DNA of 64,000 nucleotides from Gimesia aquarii. Lineage in GTDB: Bacteria > Planctomycetota > Planctomycetia > Planctomycetales > Planctomycetaceae. The notes beneath the pieces are model-generated. The model searched no databases, was not told the origin of the DNA, and was given only the letters and a program-made list of their open reading frames with translations. The translations under genes and the position numbers were made by a program. The DNA is taken from contig NZ_CP037422.1 in assembly GCF_007748175.1 (NCBI RefSeq), forward strand, positions 968,528 through 1,032,527, written 5' to 3'. Below are positions 34,366 to 44,188 of this stretch, one piece after another (positions within the stretch are counted from its first letter, which is position 1; every line of letters begins with the position of its first letter).

Positions 34366-37300
34366 TTACTTATCTTTCTCAAGTTCCAGCAAACCCGGTC
34401 CAAGCAGGGTAAACGAGAGTCGTTTACTGTCGGGTGACCAGGCAACAAAGAAGACCTCGGTATTCTCAGGTGCCACATAAAGTTGTTTCACAGCGGAGGC
34501 CTTAGTCGCATCGATCAATCGTATTGATGAGCCATTTAATGTAAGCGCAATCGTTGTTCCATCAGGTGACCAGTCAGGCCAGGTTTCGTCGAACCAGGTT
34601 TTACCATCGTTACCTCCCCATGGGTTTCGCCAAAGCTCTGTGTAAGACTCGGGGGCTTCTACTGGATCGAAAATCCCCAGCACACGGTCATTTCCGTCCA
34701 TAACAGTTGCTGCAAATTGTTTTTTATTCGGCGCCCAGGTAGGCAGACTAATACCAGAATAATTGGTTAGGATTTCCTTGCGTTTTCCCGTCTTCACATC
34801 GAACAGCAGAAATTTACGTGGACTCATATGGCTACTGACCGCCAGAATCGATTCACCATCTGGAGACCACTGCCCGTGAACGGCATAACCAAGACGTCGA
34901 CGATTCTTTCCGTCTGCATCCATAACCCACAAACCAGCTTTTGCTCCGATTGGGTTATTACCGTTGATGAGGAATGAAATCTGTTTGTCATCGGGTGACC
35001 AGGAAGGCGAGAGACCACAACCAAGGTCCACTTTCTTCCCTTCGTCCGGACCATTGATGCAAAACTTGACAAGGTGAGACTTCGAATAGCCGCGCCCGGG
35101 ATAGGGAGTGGCGCCACAGGCAATCCATTTTTCATCATGAGACCATGCAGACCCTCCCAGAAACGTATACCCGTCAAGCAGTGTTTCATCTGCAAGTAAT
35201 TCCAAGTTGTTCCCATCACGGTCTACGGCATAGATATGACCAATCAGGCCAGGATTTTTACGCATATTTTTCTTATTTGGCTCTTTTGCCGCCACCGTAT
35301 CAACCTTAGACTGCTTTCTCTGCAGCACTAAGTAACGCACTCCTTTTTCAATAGCAAGGTTGACTGCTTCGGAAGGAGCAATCGGATTGACCTCTTCTGT
35401 ATCATCATTAACGGCGATCCACAAACGGTCTCCCGCAAGTTGATAGCGTCCGAGTGCTCGCTCTGGTTTTCCGTCTCGCTCATCAAAGAAGTCAATGCGC
35501 TGATCGGGAAGAAGTTGAAATCGCCGTTTAGCCGAACGTGAGGGATTTGATTCATTACTCACAGAGAACACTTCCTTGTGGAACGAAACGTTCATTTCTC
35601 CCTGATCGAATGACTCTGCTTCGCTATCGAGTTGCGTCGAAAGCATCCACCATGTTCCATCGAGAACATCGGCACGAACTGATTTCTCAGATACTATTAT
35701 ATCATCACCCGGCTTGATTAATGTTTGCCTGACTTGTTTAGCCTGTTTCGTAGAATCGGCGTGACTTCTGGTATTCACCTGGGATTTAATCAATTTCTGT
35801 TTCACATCTTCCAGGACAGTCGGCCATCGTTTCAGTGATTTCTCATCTGCAAACGCATAGAAGTACCATTGTCCTGTTTTGCCAAGATACTGACTCGAAG
35901 GAGGAAACCGGCTCTCGGGTACCTGGGCTTCTAGGCTGGCCATTTCCTTAGTAAACCAGAGCCAGACCGTACTCATATCACCGATGTTCCCATGCCTTGG
36001 AATATTTTGTAAACGCATCGGAAAACCATCGACCTCTTCAAAATTGATTCCGGGACGAACTTTACCTTTGAAGTTAGGATTTGCGATCATATACCATTCA
36101 TCATGTAAGAGCGGAAGCAATTGACCTACGAGGTCTTCTTCATGAAGTGGACTCGGCGTGACATTAAATTCAAAACTGTTCGAATCAAGCTGATTCCACG
36201 ATTCGTACACCGCAGTATACCGTCCCGGTTGTCTCAGGTAATGAGCTTTTGCCAGATCAAATTCAAATGTTGCCGCCTGTCCCGGTTCGAGGGACATTTG
36301 ATGTTCAAGGAACTGTGACGTTCCTGCCAGAAACGGGACACGCTGTCCGTACCTGTTAAAGATTTTAAATTCAATCTGCTTCACAGCACTTTTAATCTCA
36401 CCTTGATCGCCGAGGATCGTTCCGACTTTTCGAGTCTGATCTCCTGTGTTCTCGACTTTCAGTTTCACTTTGATCGGCTTTCCCGCTTGAAACACTTTTT
36501 TTGACGCAGAGAGTTGAGTCTTGATATCGTTGACAACGCGACCTTCGGTCCATTGACGACGATAGCCTGACAGACGATTCAGAAGGGGATCAAGTGGTGT
36601 CTTTGCTTGTGCATCTCCCTCAGCAAGGACCTTTCGCAGGCTGTCCAATCGTAGCAACATTCCCAGGTCCCAGCCTAGATTCACTATCAATGTTTTATCA
36701 CCAGACGTGACGCGCATCATATACCGCTGTGTTCCAGCTGCTTGTATTAGTGAACTTTTTTTTGCGTGTAATAAGCATCCCGAATTCGTGAGCCACGCTA
36801 CGATTTGTCCCAGCTTCGCGTGATTTGTTTGGTCGACTACATGCGTCAACCACATTGGGTTCCGTTCTTCGCTGAACGGATAGGTGCTCAGTGAAAAATC
36901 ATAAAAAGGTTTGTCGGATGGTCCTTCATACCCGATGTCGATTCGGAAACGTTTCACATCAATGCCTGCTTCAGCAGGATTGAATTTGCCTGCTTTCCCT
37001 GCTGGCGGTGCCGGATTTTGTTCCACTTGCTGGTTAAGCGTTGATGCTTGACGTTGGATTTTGACTTGTGCAGGCCCCGTGTTATCGGTCGCCGCAGCCT
37101 GCCGCATCGAATCAGCAACGCCGAATCCCACAATCACCGCGAACAGAAGTGCGCAGATACCTACAATTCCTGTATGAGGAACATTGTGTGATCTACCCAT
37201 GATGCGTCGCGCCCGCTGAAGCGACATGCTGGTTTCTCGTCCAAAGAGCGACAAAGCGTGCGCCGGAATCGGTCGACTCGATTCCACTTTTGCCAGGGCC

Positions 37301-38205
37301 TGCACTAACACTGATTTATCATTACATGCGGCTATTGCAGCATCGTCACAACAGAATTCACGTTCGATACGAATTTGTCTTGATAGTATCCAGGTGACAG
37401 GATGATAAAATAACAATGATTCAGTCAATAACTGAAATAAATTCACCAGGTAATCATGTCGACGGATATGTGCCAACTCATGTGCCAAAATCGCATCTAA
37501 CTGGTCTGGTGATAGATTCACCAGCAAACTCGCAGGCATCAAGATCATCGGACGTAGCCAACCAATGACCATCGGCACTTCAACTAACATCGATTTAACC
37601 AAAACAACGGGACGGTTCACTCGCAGACGCCGGGATAGCCTCTCCATCCTTAAACGGAGAGACTCGTCAACGGGTGCCGTCCCGTGAGAACGCAATTTAT
37701 GAACGACAATCCAGCCGCCTCCATTCCAGACGGCTAAGACTGCGACTCCAATGCACCAACTACCAACTAACCAAGATAGCCAGGAAAAAATTGTAGAAAC
37801 ATTGAATGCTTGCACTGTGATCTGACTTTCATTTTCCGGTTCGCTTCCACTGAGATTATTTGAGACATGATCGTATTGCCTCAAAGTCGAATTTCCGGGT
37901 ATAGATTGTGAAGCATATTTGTGAACGAATTGCTGTGGCTGATCAGATGAAGTCTGTTTGACTGTTAAGACAACCTGGGATTCCTGTGAAACTGGTGGAG
38001 CGATCAAAGCAAACGTCACCACCAGTGGAACATACAGTAAGACTAAACCGCAACAAGAAATCCAATATCGGGCTGTGGTAGATTTGCGGACCAGCAGGAG
38101 TCCCACTGCAACAAGGAGACCGATCAACAAAATCTGCCATACGGAATGCAACAGGGTCCACCCCAACCGCCATACCAAATCAGTCGAAATCAAGTCGTTG
38201 ATCAT
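34366..38205 (-). CDS. BlaR1/MecR1-like M56 peptidase signal transducer fused to a large extracytoplasmic TolB-like/WD40 beta-propeller domain.
   Basis: N-terminal TM helices with HELAHIRRHD (HEXXH) at about 37470-37495. C-terminal repeats WSPDGKWIA, WSPDDKQISF, WSPDGESILAV, WAPNKKQFAAT, WSPDGTTIALT, WSPDSKRLSF. ATGA overlap with the upstream blaI gene. Confidence 0.85.
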   Translation of the reverse strand: MINDLISTDLVWRLGWTLLHSVWQILLIGLLVAVGLLLVRKSTTARYWISCCGLVLLYVPLVVTFALIAPPVSQESQVVLTVKQTSSDQPQQFVHKYASQSIPGNSTLRQYDHVSNNLSGSEPENESQITVQAFNVSTIFSWLSWLVGSWCIGVAVLAVWNGGGWIVVHKLRSHGTAPVDESLRLRMERLSRRLRVNRPVVLVKSMLVEVPMVIGWLRPMILMPASLLVNLSPDQLDAILAHELAHIRRHDYLVNLFQLLTESLLFYHPVTWILSRQIRIEREFCCDDAAIAACNDKSVLVQALAKVESSRPIPAHALSLFGRETSMSLQRARRIMGRSHNVPHTGIVGICALLFAVIVGFGVADSMRQAAATDNTGPAQVKIQRQASTLNQQVEQNPAPPAGKAGKFNPAEAGIDVKRFRIDIGYEGPSDKPFYDFSLSTYPFSEERNPMWLTHVVDQTNHAKLGQIVAWLTNSGCLLHAKKSSLIQAAGTQRYMMRVTSGDKTLIVNLGWDLGMLLRLDSLRKVLAEGDAQAKTPLDPLLNRLSGYRRQWTEGRVVNDIKTQLSASKKVFQAGKPIKVKLKVENTGDQTRKVGTILGDQGEIKSAVKQIEFKIFNRYGQRVPFLAGTSQFLEHQMSLEPGQAATFEFDLAKAHYLRQPGRYTAVYESWNQLDSNSFEFNVTPSPLHEEDLVGQLLPLLHDEWYMIANPNFKGKVRPGINFEEVDGFPMRLQNIPRHGNIGDMSTVWLWFTKEMASLEAQVPESRFPPSSQYLGKTGQWYFYAFADEKSLKRWPTVLEDVKQKLIKSQVNTRSHADSTKQAKQVRQTLIKPGDDIIVSEKSVRADVLDGTWWMLSTQLDSEAESFDQGEMNVSFHKEVFSVSNESNPSRSAKRRFQLLPDQRIDFFDERDGKPERALGRYQLAGDRLWIAVNDDTEEVNPIAPSEAVNLAIEKGVRYLVLQRKQSKVDTVAAKEPNKKNMRKNPGLIGHIYAVDRDGNNLELLADETLLDGYTFLGGSAWSHDEKWIACGATPYPGRGYSKSHLVKFCINGPDEGKKVDLGCGLSPSWSPDDKQISFLINGNNPIGAKAGLWVMDADGKNRRRLGYAVHGQWSPDGESILAVSSHMSPRKFLLFDVKTGKRKEILTNYSGISLPTWAPNKKQFAATVMDGNDRVLGIFDPVEAPESYTELWRNPWGGNDGKTWFDETWPDWSPDGTTIALTLNGSSIRLIDATKASAVKQLYVAPENTEVFFVAWSPDSKRLSFTLLGPGLLELEKDK

Positions 38206-38591
38206 TTCTGGCCTCCTTCCGAATCCTTCGAAAGTCGTTGAATTTCTTCGAGTTCATCCACCGACAAACGACCCGATGAGACCATCCGCATCACCAGTCG
38301 CATCGCCGAACCCTGAAAAACGCGTTGCGCCAATCCATCAAGCATCTGCAACTGAGTTTCCTCTCTCGGTTGCGCGGCCTGATAAAGCTGTGGGCGGACG
38401 GACTCATCACGAATCAGCAGGCCTTTTTCCAGCATAACCTGCATCATCTTCAAGGTCGTGGAATAACCGGTTTCCCGTTCCTCAAGAAGCGTCTCGTGAA
38501 CGTCGCGTACGCTTAACGGACCGTCTTCCCAAAGCACATTCAGTATCTGCAGTTCCACTTCCGTTGGTTGGGATGAACTGGGCCTTGCCAT
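38202..38591 (-). CDS. blaI: BlaI/MecI/CopY-family transcriptional repressor.
   Basis: EVELQILNVLWEDGPLSVRDVHETLLEERETGYSTTLKMMQVMLEKGLL is the penicillinase-repressor winged helix. Confidence 0.9.
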   Translation of the reverse strand: MARPSSSQPTEVELQILNVLWEDGPLSVRDVHETLLEERETGYSTTLKMMQVMLEKGLLIRDESVRPQLYQAAQPREETQLQMLDGLAQRVFQGSAMRLVMRMVSSGRLSVDELEEIQRLSKDSEGGQK

Positions 38592-38618
38592 GTTTCCAAC
38601 TCCTTCAAAAACAGAAAA

Positions 38619-38654
38619 ACGAATTCTTTCGTCATATTAAACGAAAGAATTCGT
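38619..38654. promoter_or_regulatory. Candidate BlaI operator: a 14-bp inverted repeat pair ACGAATTCTTTCGT-N8-ACGAAAGAATTCGT, 28 nt upstream of the blaI start.
   Basis: Seen directly in the sequence. Each arm is itself an ACGAA-N4-TTCGT palindrome. Its position fits an autoregulatory operator. Confidence 0.45.
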
Positions 38655-38859
38655 CAATGCAAGATTAATTTTCAAAAAAGGATATTTGACTGCAAAAGTC
38701 AATGAGAAGAATTGGGAGAGATTACATTTTGAATGGGAAGCTGGCGTAAAAAACACCAGATACTTTCTCAATAGCTTTCCTATTCGGAGCAGACTTCAAT
38801 TTACTTTAGGAATTGATACATCCACAACTTAGCTATCATCTCAGATGATGATCAGCTAC

Positions 38860-39108
38860 TTAATCTGAATTCTCTGCCTGCAAAGCATTGAGGCTTTCCA
38901 GCAGAGCGTTGAACTCGTCTTTGCAACAGGGGCACTGATGTAAATGATGCTCTACTAATTTCAGTGTATCTGGAACTCTGCCTGAATGGAGCTCGACTTC
39001 TGCTAACTCGGATAGCTGCTCATAGCAACTGTCACAATCGAGCTCGTCCGGTTCAACAGATCGGATCATTCCGAGCAAGTTTGTGATGTGTTGTTTGTTT
39101 AAAGTCAT
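38860..39108 (-). CDS. Zinc-finger (ZAS-type, HxxxCxxC) anti-sigma factor.
   Basis: 82 aa with DCDSCYEQ and HHLHQCPCC motifs. Lies immediately downstream of an ECF sigma gene. Confidence 0.7.
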   Translation of the reverse strand: MTLNKQHITNLLGMIRSVEPDELDCDSCYEQLSELAEVELHSGRVPDTLKLVEHHLHQCPCCKDEFNALLESLNALQAENSD

Positions 39109-39122
39109 AACTGGTACATTCT

Positions 39123-39773
39123 TTAGGTTAAGAAAATCTGAAGATCGTCAGCGAAAATCCCTGCCTGTTCAAAGCCCTCACGTAATTTCATGCGCGCGTC
39201 GTGAATGAGTTTGTAAACGGCATTCCGATTACTTTCTGTGCGTACCGCAATTTCTTCCACCGGCATACCATCTAATAATGCACGTACCGCAATTTTCTGT
39301 CTGTCCGACAATTGCGTGTCGATCAACTGGCCCAGCTTCTGCAAAATAAGCTTCCGATCATGTTCCTCTTCGACAGAACAATGTTCATCGACGGCAACTT
39401 GAATCTTCAGACATTGGTCTGCTGAAACACCCTCGAGTGAAACGTCCTGAAAATGTTTTCTACGGAAGCTGCTAATCGCAATGCGCGTGGCAACCGTCAT
39501 CGCCCAGGTTGTAAAGCGACTACGGCCTTCAAATTGATCAAACGAGTCTATTACCTTCAGAGTCGCCTCTTGTGCCGCATCTTCCACAATCAGCAGCCCA
39601 CCGGGGCGATGTTTGAGAAACCCTGTCAACCCACGCACGAGCAGGTTTCGAAGTTCAGCAATCGCCGTTTCACGCTCAGGGCTTTGTTCCTGTAAACGGG
39701 AGATCCAGTGATTATCCTCACGATCAAATATCACACAACCAACTCCATGAGTCATTAAAAATGAGCGCTGCAA
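39123..39773 (-). CDS. ECF (sigma-70 family) RNA polymerase sigma factor.
   Basis: Region 2 (FTTWAMTVATRIAISSFRRK) and region 4 (SNRNAVYKLIHDARMKLRE) motifs. Confidence 0.85.
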   Translation of the reverse strand: MQRSFLMTHGVGCVIFDREDNHWISRLQEQSPERETAIAELRNLLVRGLTGFLKHRPGGLLIVEDAAQEATLKVIDSFDQFEGRSRFTTWAMTVATRIAISSFRRKHFQDVSLEGVSADQCLKIQVAVDEHCSVEEEHDRKLILQKLGQLIDTQLSDRQKIAVRALLDGMPVEEIAVRTESNRNAVYKLIHDARMKLREGFEQAGIFADDLQIFLT

Positions 39774-39847
39774 AATTTTGTCACATTACGCGGCTACCGT
39801 CTATATTGATCTTCTGCAAACTTCTTCAATTCATTGATTTTCCAGAT

Positions 39848-40642
39848 TCAATTCGGTTTCAACTCTGCTTCGGTGGCCGCTTTGATCTGAAGAGTTTGCG
39901 GTGCTTGGATGTAACCAACAACCCGATATTTTTTCCAATCCATTTTCTCAGCTGTTTGCATCATTGTAGAACCTGATGCCGAGGGAGACTTAATCGCTTT
40001 AAACAATCGCACTACATTAACATGAGTCAAGTTGCGTCCCTCATTTTCACCGGCGCTTACTTTCCGTTCCGCTGTTTTTTCCACAAGAGCCAGATTAATC
40101 TGGTCCCCTGCTTTCATTCCTTTGGTCTTCCAGGAGATTTGCAAACCTTCAGCAGTATCTTTAAGCACTAACTGAAGACTGGCGGAAGGAGCTGTTTTAA
40201 ATGCCGCGAGTATTGCTTCTTGTGCTTGTCTGCGATTCGATCCCACAAATCCTTTTTCTCCGTTGACGACCATCTGTGGCGTATAAACTCTTGATGAACG
40301 CAGTGCTCGGGCATAGGCTCTTTGTCGCTCTGTAAACTGACGCTGGCTGAACGGATCTTTCCAACCAAGATCATTCCAGTAGTCAACGTGAAACGAGAGT
40401 GCGTAAATGGGCAATTTATTTTTGTGGGCAATTTCCACAAGGCGAGTCAAATTGGCATCCGCCGGAGGGCAACTGCTACACCCCTCTGACGTAAATAATT
40501 CCACAACGGCAAATCCTTTTGGAGTCGCTTGTTTTTGCTCATTGGTTTGAGCCATTGTTTCATTGCCCACCGATTGAAAACAACCGGTTAACAAAAACGC
40601 AAACAGTAAGGTGACGATCTGAACTTTCAATTTTTGATTCAT
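39848..40642 (-). CDS. DUF1223 secreted/lipoprotein with a CxxC motif. Start assigned to the MNQKLK Met; the longest ORF extends to 40744.
   Basis: Lipoprotein signal (LLFAFLLTGCFQS). ELFTSEGCSSCPPAD is the DUF1223 signature. Confidence 0.75.
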   Translation of the reverse strand: MNQKLKVQIVTLLFAFLLTGCFQSVGNETMAQTNEQKQATPKGFAVVELFTSEGCSSCPPADANLTRLVEIAHKNKLPIYALSFHVDYWNDLGWKDPFSQRQFTERQRAYARALRSSRVYTPQMVVNGEKGFVGSNRRQAQEAILAAFKTAPSASLQLVLKDTAEGLQISWKTKGMKAGDQINLALVEKTAERKVSAGENEGRNLTHVNVVRLFKAIKSPSASGSTMMQTAEKMDWKKYRVVGYIQAPQTLQIKAATEAELKPN

Positions 40643-40697
40643 CACACTCGGTTCCTTTTTAAAACTTGGTATTTTCTGTTCGGAAAAACTCATACTC

Positions 40698-42689
40698 TTA
40701 ACTACCGGTAACATGCCTTCCCGTTTCAATTCGGTTTGTAACAATGGTCGTCGGCTTCTTATTTTTTGCGATCGCTTTCGATTGATCGATTGCCTTCACA
40801 AAGGGTGCAGGTGTCGCATAGACACCATCTAACAGGATCGGCTCATTGGGTTTGCCTGCCGGGAAGACCGCGTAAAAAGGAATCGAAGCAGCTGAGTTAC
40901 CCAACTGGCGTAACAGACGGTCCACTGCCGGGCTAGGCTCTGTTTTATCAGCTCTGAGTGCAATCACGTTTGATTCTCGCAAGGCTGTCGCTACTTCTCT
41001 CGTTTCAATCGCAGCCGCTTCATTTGCTTTACAAGTCAAACACCAGTCCGCTGTAAAATCGATAAACACTGGTTTCCCTGCTTTGAGTAAACTTTCCAGT
41101 CGCTCAGGTGAGTAAGACTCCCATTGAATTGCCCCCACGGTCTGACTTTCTACAAGAGCAGATTGAGAAATTTCTACATGGCTTGAGATGAATCGTTGTG
41201 CCGCCCTTTCGAAACGTTGTTGCATCACCCCCTGTAGCCAGGTGAAAGAAAGCAATCCAATGACGACCACCATTCCTGCCGCGACAGACCAGGCCCTGAG
41301 CTGTTTACGGATTGTTTCATGAGCAGGCACGCGGCCTGCATACCAAAGTCCGATTCCCACTCCCAATAGTAACAAAACGGTGGGTACCACAGCGGCAATG
41401 GACATGAAACTCATAAGATAAACAACTGTCGCCAACATGATAAAGCCCATAATCTGCTTGAAGGCAATCATCCAGTTTCCCGGCTTGGGTAAAAATCGAA
41501 TCATGGAAGGGAATAGCCCAATGATTAGATAGGGGCTGGCCATCCCCAGACCAACGGCTGCAAACACACTAAACGTTAAATAACCCGGCTGAGTGACCGC
41601 CCATGCTAACGCCGCACCAAGAAAGGGACCACTGCAGGGCGTCGCCAGCAATGTGCTTAACACGCCTTTACTAAATGCACCCCCATAACCTTCCTGGGGA
41701 GTCTTGCCACCCACTGATCCCACAAAACCAGGTAATGGAATTTCCCAGACTCCCAAAAAGCTCAAACCAAAGGCGAAGACGATCGCAGACAGACTGACAG
41801 TAAACGCGGTGCTGCTAAATTGTTCTCCCCATCCCAGCCCGGCAAAGACGGCCAACGTAGCAAGTACCATCATGACAGACAGTAAGCCCACTGTATACGA
41901 GAGATTCATTAACAAAATACGTTTTCTATCCGAATTTGCCTGCTGAACAAACGAGAGAAGTTTTAATCCGACAACGGGAAGCACACACGGCATAAAATTC
42001 AGCAAAAAACCTGCGATGAATGCCAACGGCAAAACAGACCATGCAGACTGTGGCTTTTGCTGCTTGGTGATGTTCAATTCATTAAGTGAAAAGCTTGAAT
42101 TCTCTTGATCATCTGTCGAGATTATTTCGTCAGAATTTTTATCACCTATTGTTTGCTTTAAGCTGAGATCCATTGCCGCTGTTTTTTGTTGCGTTGTTAG
42201 GGGATGACTAGTGCCTGCTAGTTGTACCTGAAAGGGAGTCGTCGTCGGAGCAAAACAGCGATCTTTTTCACAAGCCTGCGAAAAGAGTGTACCACTGATC
42301 GAAGTGGCTGCATCTGAACCTTTAAGTTGAATGCGTGACCGCCAGGAGACAGTTCCTTCATGCTCGTGTAGCTCGACTCCCAGTTTTTCATGTTTCATTA
42401 GAACCGGTTCTTTCGAGGGAACGAACGGCCCTGCTGAGCGAATTTGATTGTCTGGTTTCAGAGTAATCTTCGTCGCTAAAAACGGTTTTGGCTGAGATTG
42501 TGCATAAATGTGTAAGCCCGGTTGTATCTTCGCGGTGATCACCAATTCTGCTTCATTAAGAGCCACTCTTGATACCTGTGCAGAGATTTCAACTTGTTGA
42601 GGGTTGTCCTTCTCTTGTGCGATCGAACTGACAAAAGGCAAGAGCAAGAAACCGCAGAGAACAAAGTAAAAGAGTGACTTATTAAACAT
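40698..42689 (-). CDS. dsbD: Thiol:disulfide interchange protein DsbD (cytochrome-c-biogenesis-type TMD plus C-terminal thioredoxin domain).
   Basis: N-terminal periplasmic domain. TM core with paired Cys (NFMPCVLPV ... LATPCSGPFLG). C-terminal thioredoxin WCLTCK. Confidence 0.85.
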   Translation of the reverse strand: MFNKSLFYFVLCGFLLLPFVSSIAQEKDNPQQVEISAQVSRVALNEAELVITAKIQPGLHIYAQSQPKPFLATKITLKPDNQIRSAGPFVPSKEPVLMKHEKLGVELHEHEGTVSWRSRIQLKGSDAATSISGTLFSQACEKDRCFAPTTTPFQVQLAGTSHPLTTQQKTAAMDLSLKQTIGDKNSDEIISTDDQENSSFSLNELNITKQQKPQSAWSVLPLAFIAGFLLNFMPCVLPVVGLKLLSFVQQANSDRKRILLMNLSYTVGLLSVMMVLATLAVFAGLGWGEQFSSTAFTVSLSAIVFAFGLSFLGVWEIPLPGFVGSVGGKTPQEGYGGAFSKGVLSTLLATPCSGPFLGAALAWAVTQPGYLTFSVFAAVGLGMASPYLIIGLFPSMIRFLPKPGNWMIAFKQIMGFIMLATVVYLMSFMSIAAVVPTVLLLLGVGIGLWYAGRVPAHETIRKQLRAWSVAAGMVVVIGLLSFTWLQGVMQQRFERAAQRFISSHVEISQSALVESQTVGAIQWESYSPERLESLLKAGKPVFIDFTADWCLTCKANEAAAIETREVATALRESNVIALRADKTEPSPAVDRLLRQLGNSAASIPFYAVFPAGKPNEPILLDGVYATPAPFVKAIDQSKAIAKNKKPTTIVTNRIETGRHVTGS

Positions 42690-42811
42690 GATGACATTCT
42701 TTCGTCTTATTGGGCCATTTATGAATGAAAAGGGAGAAAGAGGAGCCGAGACTCACAGTGAGAAACGGCTCCATTGAGCTTCCTTCGAGAAACGATTGAG
42801 AAAGAAAGCCT

Positions 42812-43720
42812 CTAGTTGATCACTTTCAACGAAGTTGGTTTCAACCAGGAAATCTTACCAAGTGATTTAATGACCTGACCTTTGACCTGGAGCTGTTGTC
42901 CCTGAAAGCGAGCTGCATAAATCTTAGGATACAGCTTGTGTGCCTCTTCGACCACAATGACGCGGCCTCCACTAGCGTTGATCGCCAGACCTAATTCATC
43001 CGGGCTGCCAATGGGAGTGACACCATGTTCGCAACCAGCACATGTCGACTTACCAGCGAAGCTTTCTAATGTTTTGCCGGGTTGATTCGTTCTGAAGCTG
43101 ATTTGTTGTGTCTCTTGTTTCATTCCTGCAAGTGCATAAAAGTCAGGTGCTCTCCGAAATTCTGCTTGCTCTCTTACTGAGGGAAAGAGGTATCGAAATC
43201 CGTTGTGAATTTCGGTAAATCTGGTGTTACCGAGCACACGTTTATTAACTTTTTTATAACAGACAACACACAGCCCATTGGCGGCTAAGTCTGTATCAAT
43301 AAAAGCAAATGGGTCGGCAAGGAAGGTTTTCTTTTCACTCTCGCCTGGAAAGAGATAGAGCCGATTCTTGTAAATGGCAACATGATCAATGTTTCCGGGA
43401 ACCCGTTTTTTAAGTTTTTTATAACAGACAGTACAGTCGCCTGCTAAAGCGGGTACATATTTGACAGGATTTTGATCAAACTTTCGTTTAATCGCAAGGT
43501 TTGGGAAAAAATAAGTCACGTTATCATAGGTCGAGTGGAATTCACGTCGTCCGCGTTCCCATTTTCGTGCCTCGATCACACACACGGGACAATAACCTTT
43601 TAAGCCAACTTTGTGTCCGGGAGTATGATCTGCTTCAGAAACTTGGGAGAATGCCGGGCTCATCAATAATGTGACGACGAAAGTGGTGAACAGGGATCTG
43701 CGAGAGATTTTTGTAGACAT
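42812..43720 (-). CDS. Secreted protein with three tandem YHS/TRASH-like Cys-x-x-Cys metal-binding repeats.
   Basis: Signal peptide. Three repeats (GYCPVCVIE...YFFP; DCTVCYKKLKKRV...YLFP; LCVVCYKKVNKRV...YLFP) plus a C-terminal CAGCEHG. Confidence 0.5.
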   Translation of the reverse strand: MSTKISRRSLFTTFVVTLLMSPAFSQVSEADHTPGHKVGLKGYCPVCVIEARKWERGRREFHSTYDNVTYFFPNLAIKRKFDQNPVKYVPALAGDCTVCYKKLKKRVPGNIDHVAIYKNRLYLFPGESEKKTFLADPFAFIDTDLAANGLCVVCYKKVNKRVLGNTRFTEIHNGFRYLFPSVREQAEFRRAPDFYALAGMKQETQQISFRTNQPGKTLESFAGKSTCAGCEHGVTPIGSPDELGLAINASGGRVIVVEEAHKLYPKIYAARFQGQQLQVKGQVIKSLGKISWLKPTSLKVIN

Positions 43721-43892
43721 GAAACTTTCCTTCTCGACTAAAAAATTGGGAAAACGACAACCAGAGAGTTTGGTTGATGACCTGGGTTATGATCATGAGA
43801 CGCAGGTTCTCGCAGGTGTCTTACCAAAAGAAATGGAAAGTTTTTTCTGAATGTAAGATGAATTACAAATTGTGTTTATGAAAAGTGAATCA

Positions 43893-43921
43893 TTTCACAA
43901 ATCGGGTGCGAATTTGTGAGA
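43893..43921. promoter_or_regulatory. Palindromic operator candidate TTTCACAAAT-N9-ATTTGTGAGA in the divergent oxyR / YHS-dsbD promoter region.
   Basis: Seen directly. Near-perfect 10-bp inverted repeat with LTTR-box-like geometry (T-N11-A core). A related half-site lies nearby at 43863-43875 (ACAAATTGTG). Confidence 0.35.
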
Positions 43922-44188
43922 AAAGACACAAACCAGCGCCATACCTAAGGTCATGAAATTAAGATTTTAGAAATTCATTGTCGTAGTGAGCCATTCGAAA
44001 AAAATGGAATAATCTCTAAGTAAAAATCAAATGCGATTCCTACTAACACTGTGGGGGTTGATCTTCGAACTACCAAAGTATCGGGGAAGGTGATATATTC
44101 TGATATTGCATTGAATTAATACAATTCATGCATGAAGCACATTATATCATTAGCCACTTGAACCGCTAAATCAAGCAAGAAAGTACAC

